The position numbers were made by a program, and so were the translations under genes. From contig JBHGNT010000008.1 in NCBI GenBank assembly GCA_043228905.1, forward strand, positions 7,688,001 through 7,752,000: DNA of 64,000 nt. Reading direction: 5' to 3'. The notes beneath the pieces are model-generated. The model was not told the origin of the DNA and searched no databases. It saw only the letters and a list, made by a program, of their open reading frames with translations. Source of the DNA: Azolla caroliniana (Eukaryota; Plantae; Polypodiophyta). This document shows positions 37,995 through 51,300 of this stretch, piece by piece. Every line of letters starts with the position of its first letter. Within the stretch, counting starts at the first letter, position 1.

Positions 37995-38766
37995 GTTGAT
38001 TCATGTTTGGTTACATGCCTTGAATCTTGAGATTGTACTCCTTGAACCATAAAATTACATGAATTGAATCATTACATCTTTTGAACCACAATTACATACA
38101 TTGAATAATGTTGCATGCATTGAATCATAGTATTGGTTTGCCTTGAAACAATTCAGTGAATCATAAAATTGCAAACCTGAATCATAAAGTACTATAATAT
38201 GCATGACCCTAAAGCTTGACAAGCTTAAACGAATCTGGATAATAAGATTCATGATTGGATTTTCCATCCCTTGCATCTAAGATGTCTTCAGAATTTGTGC
38301 TGATGCATCAAGCCATTGCAATGGCATCATTGAAACGACTTTTGGTAATATTTTCAACAAGAAAAGAGTTGATCTATTAGGTTATTTAACATGATATCAT
38401 TATGGTTTGCAATTTCAAGTTTTGAATTTCTACATTCAAGTCATGACCCTGCGCTCTTAGGAAGATGTTTTATTTCAATTAGTATAATCTCAATGAAAAA
38501 TCATCAATCAGTTTTTAAGAGTAGCCTAACACAAGCTTCTCACTGTCTATGCTATTATGCAAATATAATCTAGTATTCAAATATCAAGTCATGCTTTTCT
38601 GAACACATCATGACACCCAGTTCATTATAATCCTAGGTTTAAAAAAAAAGTAAATGCAACTCAAACATGACAAATCAGCGACAACATGGGAACATAAATT
38701 GAATTTCCTAGAATGATTGGGCATATTGCTTAAATTTCCATTCTGTGTTCATGAATAAGCAATTAA

Positions 38767-39620
38767 CTAAACAATGCCCGCATACAAAAAATCGAAACTT
38801 AAGGAGAGCTTTGGAACGCATACCCAGGTTGTTGCAACTGTTGCTGAATCAATGCATATATGCTTGTGGATAGGCATCTTAAAATATGGCTCCTTTAATT
38901 TCAATTTCCCTGAAGAAATCCCTGCCACAGCTTGAACAAATGCACCCACCCTACACCTTGATTGAAAATGAGATGTGAAAGGTTCAAAGTATACATTTCA
39001 ATAGCACTATCTTAAAATTTTAAAATCTTCAAGGTCAGGGTTCTTAGTAATATCTCAAATAAAAAGAAATACAATCCAATTTTATTAACCAGAAATGGTG
39101 AGGCTCAATGCATACCCTTGTGCACTGCAAGCAACCACGTTCAAGTGCCTTGTTAGTACTTATCTAGCAATAACAAATATAGCTGAGTAGAAGCCGATGC
39201 AACTGGATGGTGACCAGATTTATAAGAAAATTATTTAATGCATTTTGCACCTGGAGAAATATCTTATCTTCATTTTAAACTGAAACTCTTCTCTTATATT
39301 TTCTGTTATCTCCGTGGTAGTTGAAAGTGAAACTAGCACAATCACTATGGAAACTCCAATAGATACATACATTCCACAAAGAATATTCGACAAACGACAA
39401 TGCACTATGTTAGTCTGTTATCAACAAATATTCGATTAAGATTGAGTCTGCACGCACACCTGAGAAAATGCCCATTGAAGGCCATGTCATGCTGAAATCC
39501 CATAGCAATTATCTTCTTGTCAGAATAAGACCAGTATTGAATTAGCCCAAGAAAATCAGCATTAAATTTTAGTCAAATTACCAGATTAAAAGCTTGAGAA
39601 CGAGCATCCTCATTCCTCTA
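38767..39620 (-). pseudogene. Decayed 3' exons of the ancestral PRMT4 gene
   Basis: LF*QEDNCYGI..FSQ|gt (about 39460-39535); LTRHLNVVACSAQGYALSLTIS|gt (from 39090); KV*G..GISSGKLKLKEPYFKM (38767-38965). These match PRMT4 ALFWQQQNYYG, GRLHLIAHSAQSYTINLTLS and KMWG..SSCKLDLKEPYYRM, with stops and frameshifts. Confidence 0.85.
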
Positions 39621-39825
39621 CAGTATTGGGCAAGCAGCAGTAGCAGCTTGTTGTCAACTTTGCAAGCACCTGTCTTCAATTTTAAATCTGATCTCCCATT
39701 TTGCATTGAAAACATTGAAACGCTTTTCACAATTCCCATATTAATTGAAAGAAAAACCAGCTCAGATAAATAAATAGATTCTGCTATAAATAATATTGAC
39801 TAAGGTTTAGTGTGCAGTCATTACC

Positions 39826-40115
39826 TGCTTCACTAATGCAATCAATCTAGCCACTATGGGGCCACATCAAGGCTGGAGTTTGGCCTAGTGTACCAATTTC
39901 CATAGGACAATGGGATGACCTTCTGGAATATGCTTTATGCCAATAACAATTACAGATTTTGACTAAAGTTTATTAATTTAATATATTGTTTTAGAGAAAC
40001 TCCTTCACTAATGCAATAAGAGCACATCAGAGCTGGAAGTTTGGCCTAGAGCTCCAACTTCCATAGGTCAATTGAATCACCTTCTAAAATATGCTGTATG
40101 GGAACAGCAATTGCA
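39826..40115. repeat. Diverged tandem duplication (about 177-bp period) downstream of the MULE stop
   Basis: CTTCACTAATGCAAT...GTTTGGCCTAG...TTCCATAGG...AATATGCT occurs twice. Confidence 0.7.
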
Positions 40116-40797
40116 TACCTCAACGTGAGCTAAGCCCACAAAAAAATGATTACAATGAGATGACCAGCAGGTCACAAAATCCAAGAAAAGAAAAAGGGCA
40201 TATATATGTTTCTCTATATCATATGAAACATAGCCGATAGATCTCTATCAAGTTTCAACGGCTTCCCGGCGTATGATCCAGGTCTAGTGAAACATGAAAG
40301 TAAACCTTCCGTTGAAAAGGGAATCAAAACAGCAAGTAACACCATGAACATGAGTACAATTGTTATGGTGGAACTCAAAGGACTCATATAACTCCTGAAA
40401 CCAAAAATATCATATTTTAAACAAAATATATTCATACTATAGTTCCCAAATTTATATTCCTGTTATAACAGAATGTAAATCAATATTTATTCCAAAGAGC
40501 TCCTGAAATGAAAAACCATGTTCGAGACGTTGTACTCCAATGAAACAAAAGGGGAATCCAGAATGGTCTTTCCAGTATTTTCTATTTCAGAATGATTAGA
40601 AAAGATGACCAGGAATTGAGAAGAAGTACAATTACAGTGTAGTTTCCAGTTAAGAGTCAAGACCAAAACCACATCAAATAGCAGAGTACAAAAGTTCTAC
40701 AAAAGATGAATTATGTATCAAGATCCAAATTATAAGTATGGAGGCAACCCATTTTCTCGTCATGAATTCTTTGATATGAAGGTAACACTGACTTGAA

Positions 40798-42376
40798 TCA
40801 ACCATCCAGTAACATTGGTGCCCTGCATGTGCGTGCATTATGGCCAGTGCCTTTGCATCCGGTACAATGATGAACCTCTTTCGATACTTCTTCAATGTGG
40901 ATTCTTTTGCTCTTTGGGCGTCCTGGCGATCTTCTGGTTGCTGGAGCTAGTATATCACTTAGTGTAGTAGGGATAGTAACAGGATGCATCTCCTCTTTAT
41001 ATGTTTCATAATATGAAGTGAGAAAGAAAGCTCCATGAACATAGCTATGAACACTCTCGTTCCTACACAGTATTGCACATGCAGCATGAGAACAAGGAAC
41101 TCCAGATTGTTGCCATCTGCAGCACGAACATGTCTTTGATCCCAAATGCACAACTTGAGGTTTTGTTGACAGTACTTCAAATTCCAAATCAGATTTAGCT
41201 ATTATACGATATGAACGCCCAAGTTCACATGCTTTTCTAACATCCTCCTCAATGCGAGAGGTCAACCGCAAATATGCTTGTTCTCTTGCATCTATCACTA
41301 GAGAATGTGCCTCTTCTCTACGCTCAGAAAACCATGCCATGAGTTTATGCCTGATCATTTCTAACATGGCTAAAACAGGTAGCTCTCTTAACGATGAATT
41401 CAAGGATTCTGCAATATTACAGGTCATGTGGCCATACCTTTGGCCAATAAACTTTGAATTTGCCCAATAAATAGGATCAGCAGCAGCAAGAATCCATGTA
41501 GTAGCCTGGGGATTGGCTGCATGCATTTCCTTCATAATATCATCATAGTCTTCAACATTATTTGCATGTGCTGCATTCCATAGCAAATGAGCAAGTTGTG
41601 TGCTCTTGAAAGCCTGTCTAAAGTTCTCAGATAAACGCCACATGCAATAAGCATGTGGTGTACCTGAACCAAATACTGACTCCACACCTTCAACTAATCC
41701 CTTTTGCCTCTCAGATATAAAGGTTACCCTTTCTGAATGATGCAAGCAATCTTTCAAGCATTGGAGATACCAAACCCAATTATCGTCATTTTCAGTCGCG
41801 ACCACAGCAAATGCAAGGGGGAAGAGACCATCATTACCATCTATTGCTGTTGCTGACAAAAGGGTACCCAGATACCTTCCTTTAAGATGTGTACCATCTA
41901 AACCAACCACTGGTCTGCAATAAGAGAAGCCTTTCAAACTGGCATTGAAGGCAATGAAACATCGAGAAAATCTTCCTTCTGATGTTCTCTGTACAAAGGC
42001 TATGCTTCCTGGATTGGTTTTCAAAATTTCCTCACAATAACCCTCAAGTTTCTTGTATGCTTCAGTATGGTCACCATGAATAGCAGAATGAGCAGCTTCT
42101 TTTGCTCTCCAAGCCAGTCCATATGAAATGGTGACACCTTTCTCCCTGTGAATGTCTCTAATGAGATCTTTTGGTTTTAAACTTGGTTGATCTCTGAACC
42201 TATCAATAGTGTGCTTTGCAAGGCCCCTCGTACAAGCCTCTTTATTACCAGTACGAACAATACCCGCACAACAATGGATACCATTTAACTTCTTTATTGC
42301 ACACTGAGGACCTCCTTCAATAATAGACGCATGAAGACGCCATTTGCAATTCTCTGAGCTACATTTTACTGTGTAT
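40798..42376 (-). CDS. Exon 9, MULE transposase: MuDR zinc DBD, DDE domain, SWIM finger, CCHC knuckle
   Basis: RYTVKC..ENCKWRLHAS; VVGLDGTHLKG; FPLAFAVV..ENDDNWVWYL; NIAESLNS; CSCCRWQQSGVPCSHA; RRSPGRPKSKR; CTGCKGTGHNARTC. No stops. Confidence 0.95.
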
Positions 42377-45300
42377 CTACAGATTTGCAATAAAAACTTG
42401 TCTGGTGAGGGCTTCAAATGCGCACTGGCCTAAGAACAAAGAAATTTGGCAAATAGAACAAGGGAATGCTTTTGAAACCAGCAAAGCTTACCTCTTCTTG
42501 TCAGCTTTAAGAACGCGCAGTTCCACATGATGTGAGATTGCATGATCTTTGACTTCCATTTTCAATGCCTCCAAGGAGGCCCAAATTGAACCTTGTTGCA
42601 ACATCCCTGGTCCAACTGCACTACCAATATTTGGATAAAAAAGTCCAGTATACATCTCAGAAAATTGCACATTGCAGAAAAAATGAAATATGCAGTCAAA
42701 TGAAGTAACATAAAAGTGAAAAAGATCATGGAAATTACAATATTACGATAGAAAGAGAAAAAACAATATGTACACAGGCTTTGGTTGGTGTGATCTCTTG
42801 TCATGCTGAAGTTACATTGACAAGGGAGAGAAATTCTGTTGAAAAGAAGAGAAATACATGTATATGCTATATTCATTGACCTACAGGTGTATGGAGAAAT
42901 ACAAACCACCTACGAAAGAAAGAAAGGTATATTAACATATTTTAAGAAGCCAAAATGGCCTATAAGACCAGACAAGGGATTACATCTTAAGTGTTATCTT
43001 ATCTTTGAGAACAACCAAAATAAATGTTACTAAGTAAAAAATGTGACTAAAGAATCTTATTGTAATATTCTCAAGTCAGATATATTGTAAATTTTGTCTT
43101 CGAAAGATCTCTAGCATAGGTCGATCCAGAATGGAGAGGTCTCAGAAATGAGGTAAGCACCTGCAATGGCGGGTGATAGCAGGCCTTTATCTTTCGATGA
43201 CAAGGGGGTGAGATTGTGGTTTGGAGGCACAAGGAAACTTAATGAAATAATTATCAATATAAGGGCATTTCTGAGTGTTTCTCATTTCAGGCAGCCTTAT
43301 AAAAATGACATTGTCGAGAAAACTATGCTTTATGATGTTCCACAAAAGTAATAAAACCTTCAGTGAATGGAAACATATTTCAACCTGTATTTAGGAAATT
43401 ATCCCTTAAAATGATAAAAGACTTGACCATGAGTTCATTTACAAGTAAATCTATGGTCACAACTCTAAAATACCATCAAATTTGAGATCAGAAATAATCA
43501 GCAGTAAAACATTGGCATTCAACCATCCAAAATTTAAACATATGGGCATAAAAAACCACAAGATGTCATACATTTCATATTGACCAAGTCTCAAAATTCA
43601 AATATATGTAAAAGTATCAAATTCCTCACCATACACATAAAGAAGTAGCTCAACATTTTTCTGCTTATAGACACAAAACAAAAAGGACAGTTTCATTACC
43701 ACTTACCCATGGGTGCTGAAATCGACATATCAGATTTCTCAGGAGTCTCAACCTCTTCTACTTTCCCACGGAATACCTATGATCATTAAATCTATAATCA
43801 ATATTTGAAAAGCTATCTGCTAAAAGCATAATATATGGACAGAACCTACAGTAATGGCAGAGCTCAATCCAGGGTTGTCTGCAATAGGTTTGGCCTGTTC
43901 TGACATTCCTGATGCCTCTGTTGAATAAACATATTTTGCCCCTGGCTGTTCAAGTGCAACAAAGAGAAGAATTCATATAAGCCATTACTGTATACCTCAA
44001 AAAACAACATGTGTTAGCACCTGCATCTCTGATTTTTGCTCTATCAGAAGTCCAGGTTAAATTAAATAATAAAGTTGGGAGGCATACAAAAGTTCATTAC
44101 ATTTTATGCAAAGTAAAAGACAAGATTTGCGAAAACAATCAAATTACCATTTACCAAAAATAAAAAGATAAGAACGGTTTTCTATCATTCTCATGAACAG
44201 TTGTCCAGAAGAACATTCTCCTATAGTGAGATGAAAGGTAAAATTAGCCATTCCTCATTCTTTTGGAATGCAAATATCAAGACCAATGCGTAGTTTAGGG
44301 TACTCCATAGATCTTATACAGGTTAGCTTTGTGTGTTTCAAAATTCTTGACTTACCTCTATCATCTTCCCTAACATATTCCAAAAAGGGAAATATCCTAG
44401 TGCTTGGATACTCCTATTTCATGCTTCATGCAAAGTATGTTTATTAATAAGGTGTTCGTTAACATTCAAAAAGATAGAGCTGGGGTTACAATTAATCTCA
44501 ATGAACTTTGCGTATATCAAGGCCTGAGCCTCAAGAAAATATAGTAGCCAAACCTGTAAAATATACAAAAGGAGGAAAAGAAAAATATCCTAATGCTTAG
44601 ATACTTCCTATTTCATGCTTCATGTAAACTATGCCTATTAACAAGGTGCTTGTTAACATTCAAAAAGATACGGCTAAGGTTACAATTCATCACAAATATC
44701 AAGGGCCCCTGCTTCCAAAAAGTACAGTGGTGAAACCTGTAAAATATACAGGAGAAAAGGAAAAAATTCATCATAGAATTTCCTCACTTTTCTCCACTTG
44801 AATGAGAGTAGGACCAATGAATTAAATTAAATTGCACATAGATACAAACTAGTACACAATATGAAGGTACTTCTCAAGCGGCCAAAGTTTTCCTATGGCC
44901 TCACTTATTGAAGGGTATACTTTCCTATTTCTGAAATCAAGTGTATACTTTTGTTTAATTTGTGAACTTCGTAAGTTTTCTCTTTCATGCCACTGATGAC
45001 ATACTCATAATTGAAGTTATCTTACTATTTTTGACATATCTTAAGCTATTATAATTACATAGAATTGTGCATATTCCAAGTGAATCAAGCTTGATTAGAC
45101 AACTCAGCATCTCAAAGGACATCATGTAATCACACAAATCTCGTGAATGACTACTGCAGGTGTAAGGCTTCATAAAAATTGAGAACATGAAAATAGGAAA
45201 ACATCCCTTTTTCCTCAAAATATAGGTCCAGGGTCTCTAACCCTATCAAAAACATTGCCATGAGAAATGGGACAATTCCAGAAAACAAAAAAAAAACTTA

Positions 45301-48300
45301 CAGCTTCCCAAAAAAAAAAATGAAACTTTAATACAAACATACTGCTGTTCATTTTGTAAATGACTCCAGCATTTAACTCGGAAACCACAAAACATAGCAA
45401 GTTCTACGTACAGAACAGATGGTGAAAAAGAGATACAATAAGCCAATAGCACTTCGGTATGCCATGCAATCAGGACAAAATCTGACCACCAACCACCATA
45501 TCAAGGATAAAATTAAGCTTCTGCTAGATATGAACTATGACCAGCCTGCTTGTCACTTCTGATGAAACTAAATTCACAGTCACATAAAGCAATACGTCTA
45601 ATTCTAAGTATCATGATTCTCGTTTTCTTTTGAGCAAAATTTATTTGCATCTATCTTTATATTATGAAATGATAAAGAAGCTCCAAACATTCAAAAAATT
45701 ATTGCCCATCAAATAGTCAGGCATTACCTGAGAAGCAAAGAGTGAAAGTATTCCACCCCCTGCCCCAACATCAACTACCACACGTCCTTGAAAATTGGGA
45801 TTTGCTAAAATTGCTGTATGGTACAAAGATAAGAAAAGGTATAATGAGCTAAATAGTAAATATACAACTGCAACTTCAATATAATCTATAAATTACATGG
45901 TAAATACAATGTCAAAGTTATTCAGTAATCATATATGTAGGTCTACCAATTCATGAATAGGTAATATACCCGTTTTCACATAATCTAAGGTAGTATACCT
46001 GTTCTCACATAATCTTGAAGCATGTTTTGCTGACGAAGAAGCTGCCCATAACAATGAAAGTATAGTTTGGCAGAAGATTTATCAGAGGTGCTTGCAGTTT
46101 TCAAAGGTTCAATAGCACCATTTGCAAATTTATCGTCTGTTATATCAGAAATTTTCAGTATGTTACATGATTGCATCAAGCTATCAGAAGAAGCAATATT
46201 GCAAAACAGTAGTTCCAAACTCCATGTTACCTACCGTATTTAAATTCATTTCCAGCAAATTTAAGTAAAGCCTATGGATCATCATTATATTTTTTTGACA
46301 TTCAATATCCCCTCCAGAGATGAATGAAAACAAACACATACATGTATCTTGTCTCCATACACATGAAATTACAGCATAGACATCACATAATTATACACAC
46401 ATTCGAAGAAATGTGTGCCTTTGCATGTTCAGTGTATTTACAACTAGCCAATAGATCTAACATGCATCTAGATACACATAAATACGTATACATACATGTG
46501 TACGTTTCCGGATCAGAGTTTGTATACACATGCATATATCCTCCTATGCAAATGTGTATGTCTGTGTATTAACGGTGTCCAATATGCATGGGTGTATGTA
46601 TGTATTTACAAGAAGATACACATGTGTATTGTACAGATAGGTGTCTCGACTGTGAAGGCTTCTGTCTCCTCTGGTTTCCCAAATATATAAATTTTATGAG
46701 TATTCAAGAAATCATGACAAAGGCAGTAGAATAGATACAAATTTTCCAATAAATTGTCTGCTTTGAAAGATTGAAAATCAATATACAGAACTCTTTGAGT
46801 ATCAACTGCAATGCATATTAGCAATTGAAAAACTCTTTGAATCTCAAATCATCTATACTTCTATAGAAATTCTTGCTTGCACAGAAGATAAGATAAACAA
46901 AGAAAAGGTATGAACTTGTTATACTGTTATTATACTTAATCTGAGAAGAATATTATCATTATTCCAATCATGGAAAACTAGAGGGTAATACCTCCGGTTT
47001 TCCAAAAAAGGAGCTTTTGCAGTTCTCACTCATGCAGAGGATAAAGATAAACAGTGAAAAAGCATGAACTTGTTAAACTGCCGCTATACTTAATCTGAGC
47101 TGAAAATTGGCATTATTCCAATCAAGGAAAACTGGAGAGTGATACCTGTAGACTTCCATTCATGAAAAGCTGTAAATAATGAGTTGCTTGCTTCCTCTGA
47201 CTTGAAACAAACTGCAAAGGCACTGGTGAATGCTGCCTATAGGTAGTTTAAAACCAGTGCAACAATGTTACATTTCATTAAAATATGCAATGACTGGTTA
47301 TCGTTTTATTAAAATATAGAATAAATGGTGATTCCAAAAATTCAAAAGAAACTCTTATAAGATCACTAATTCGCAAAAAGAAAGAGAGAGCACCAACACA
47401 AAAACACACTAAGGAGATTAAAAATTCCAAAGAAAATTTTAATTTTAAAACATAGTTCAATTAAAAAGAAAAGTGTGTCACAAAAAAGTCTTTCTGCCAT
47501 AGCTTCCTAAAACTAAATGTCTTGAAACGTGACCATGACTACAAATAACCAGGTTTGCTGCCTCTTTGATGGAACTGAAATTGTTGCCCTCTGAAAATAT
47601 TACAATGGAGTATTCCACTCTGGAAAATAAAGTTTGGCAGCACAAAAAGGGTATCTCCATGATGATGGTTTTGCTCGTACGATGTTATGTGCATCAGAAT
47701 TGTGGTTCTGGTTGGCTTTTCCAACTACAACAACAAAGAGAAATCGCTTTAATTGTCATGCTTCATCTGAGCTGTGAATTATCTTTGGCCACGACGTTTG
47801 CTTGTAGAAAGGAAGAAAGTTAGATATATTCTTATATCAACAAAGGCTGGGGAGAGCAAGAGATTTGGAAAGATGTTTCAAGAGGCTAAAATGGCCAAGA
47901 AGACCAAACAAGAGATTACATCTGAAAATGTTGTCGCATCTTTGAGAATAAAAAATCAAAATAAATATAGCTACGTAAAAAAAAGTAAATAGAATAGAAC
48001 AAGACATGACTAAAGAATCCCAATATCTATTCATGTAAAATTCTAGCAGATCGAACATGAGATTGCATCTTGAAATAGAGTTCTATCTTTAAGAACAAAC
48101 CTGAATATTCTGAACTTAGATAGACAGAAACTTTTGCCTTCAAAGGATCTCCAACATGGGTCAATCCACTATGGAAAGAAAGAAAGAAAGAAAGAAAGGT
48201 ATATTAACGTCTTTTAAGAGGCCAAAATGGCCTATAAGACCAACAAGAGATTACATCTTAAGTGATGTCTCGTCTTTGAGAACAACAAATCAAAAAATTA

Positions 48301-51300
48301 AGTAAATAATATTCCGTAAATATAAAAGTATATACGATAAAAAGAAACGAGGGAATCTGGTTTTCGGCACATGTGAGATTCTCAAGTTCGATATATTGTA
48401 GCTTTTGTCTTTGAAAGATCTCTAGCATAGGTCGATCCAGAATGGAAATGTCTCCGAAGCGAGGAAAGCACCTGCGATGGCAGGAGATAATGGCTTTTAT
48501 CTGTTGATGACAAGGGTGTTGCGGTCGTGGTCCATGGGGCCGGGGCCTACGTGCACGGCAAATTGTTATTGCCCAATCAATTGTAACCCGTTTGTTATGT
48601 CCTGGTCAGGAGCCCATTTGTGTATCCATGATTGAATTGTAGCATTAGTTGAATTGACGGGAGTGACGGGGCTAAAGAAAGTTGTGATTGTTTTTTGTGG
48701 ATGAGCTTGTGTGGCTGTATTCTTCAATAACTTTTCCTGATGTCTATTGTATTCTTGGAGAGATCTCCAAAGTGAGGCACGCACCTTCAGTGCGGGATGA
48801 TAATGGCCTTGATCTGTTAATGGCACAGGTAACAGGAAAATGATGCAGATGGTTTGGCCTATGTGCATGATACATTGCTATTGTAGAATATATCGTAACC
48901 CCTTTCAAGTGTTCTGACCAAGATTTCACTTGTGTTTCCCTTGATAGACTGGTAGCCTGTGAAGGTGTGATGGAGCTAAAGAAAGTCATGATGGTTCTTT
49001 GGTAATGAATTGTTGTGGTTACATTGTTGTCCTTCAACAGCTCTCTATGTCTCTTGAGTTCTAATGAGAACAGGCCCAAGCGTCATTGGTATTCATATTT
49101 CATTATCTTGTAAGATGGGTTAAAGTTTGTTTGAGAAGGCAATGGTCTCTCCCTCTTATTTCACAAGAAACAACATAATGGCAAACATAGTGTTCTTTTG
49201 ATTCCACTCCCCGATGGTATAATGGGCAGATTTGTTCTTCATGACACAATTGGCAGATTCATTCTTCCATAGGTTTGTGTGCATATCTACCTATCTCGCT
49301 TTCTGACTGATGTGAAAAGGGGTCCTGAGTTGCTCTATCACACAACAGAGCACATGAGACAGATGTGTATCAATATAAGAAGCTTGATAGGAAAAGAGTT
49401 CTATGGATTGGGCCATCTTCCTACCAAGTGATGTTGTTGGGTGGATCCATGTTCTTTTACTATCCAATTTAGTGATATCAGCTCAGATCATTATCCTTTT
49501 CCATTTTAGTCATATTTAGGTGTGGCCAATCCAGGCTATATGGCAATGAAGATGGTGCATTTATATTTATGCTATGCAATGAACCATTCTTGCATTTCTA
49601 AGACAGTTTGTACTATGATGAAACGCAACTAAAATACAGTTAGCTCCAGCATGTAGTGATTGGAGACTTTACTGTGAAATGACTGATTACACTATGGAGC
49701 ACATGAGATAGATGTGTATATATACAAGAATGCCTGATGATAAATCCATCTTACTATGTGTAAAAAGAGCACCTCATTTCTACCAAGAAATGTCGTGGGG
49801 ATGATCCATGTTTCAGTTCAGATCAATCAATTCTTTTTCACTTGGTCATGTTTAGATGTGAACAATCCAAGCTATATTGCAATGGGGTGGTGCATTTATA
49901 TTATGCTATCCGATTGGAACTATTCTTGCATTTATGCATACCAACAATGATTATCTCCATTTTCAGCATACTGTCCTGATGAAATAAGTGCCAATCTTCA
50001 GTACCTTTTGCTTAGCGAGGTTCCAAGTTCATTGAATACCAGTCAATACTAGGAATAATGCCTTGGCTGGGTGGGTGTGGTGTGAAGGTGGTTTGCATGA
50101 ACACTGCAGATTCTGTGGGCATCTGGGTTATCCTCTCCTGAGTAGCATGTGTGTATATGGATCTGATTAACTTGATCTGTCAGAGTCTACGGCCCATGCT
50201 CCTCTCCAGGCATCTGCTATGGTCACATGTAACAAGGTTTGGAGATGTGATGACCCTTGAATGGAATCAGAGAGACGAGACTGTCTTTTCCCCCTTGGTA
50301 CATCTGTGGTATATATCAATGACTCAAACTCAATCAAACATAAAATGATCTCTAAACTCCGTGATATGTTGAAGAGCTGCAAAATGCATGAAAAACCTTA
50401 GGATGTGGGGCACTCTGCCATCCCTTTATAGATAATGAGAAAGTGTGAGATATCTAGACAGAGTGGATGACACCCTTAAATAGTGGCACGAGCCTTATCT
50501 GTTGAGATTATCAATAGAATCATCATCCTTAATTGTGTGGAAGTTGTGGATCCCTGATGTCACGAATTTCACACGTGGCAGCCTGCTCTGGCATTGAATT
50601 CCCCCAAAAGGAAGGCGTTCCAAGAATAAGGTATTTCATGATCCCCTTCATTAGGCATGTGTATGTGTGCTCCCCATTTCTGCATTCCTATCATGTTGTA
50701 GCAAATCTAGAGCCTGTGGAGGAAAAGTAACCTTGGGCAATGTATAAAGTTTGATCCATTGTAAGCTCTAAAAGATCCACAACAAACATGCCTCTGGATA
50801 TAATGCAACTATTTGAGTCCAGCTCTATAGTTTCCTTCTAAAGAGTATGGACATCCCTCCTAATCTTATTGATGCATAAAGACTCCCATTGAAAGCCTTA
50901 TATCTCCAGTATCCCTCTCTGGGTTCTCATGGGTCTATCTTATATATCCCACACAGGAATAAACCCTTATATTACCACACTCAATGCAATGACAAATGCA
51001 TCATACTAACTTCTTCTATAGGCCAGGCCCTCCACTAACAAACAACATGCTAGGAAATCACCATAGATCAAGCAAAGGCATGCTGACAACGAAGACAGTG
51101 AGTACTGAGATACAAGAGCAAGATCCTGGGGATCATTGTTCACTATGTCCAACTGCCCTGACAATGAAGACAGTGAGTACTGAGATACAAGAGCAAGATC
51201 CTGGGGATCATTGTTCACTATGTCCAACTGCCCAAGGACACCCAAATGCACTTGATGAAAATCCTCATAGCCCACTCCACTGCACCATTCAACCTTCCAT

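Noticed and set aside
40214-40672. Possible further PRMT4 pseudo-exons (RSYMSPL, KILER)
   Set aside because: Similarity is too weak to call by eye and conflicts with the NERML-like remnant at 39601.
40798-42417. 539-aa ORF as a stand-alone autonomous MuDR transposase
   Set aside because: It starts at a non-ATG codon inside an intron (the first 13 residues are intronic). The DBD continues in an upstream exon, catalytic motifs are altered, and no TIRs are seen.
46137-46218. N-terminal part of ORF 45985..46218
   Set aside because: Intronic read-through upstream of the phase-1 acceptor at 46137-46138.
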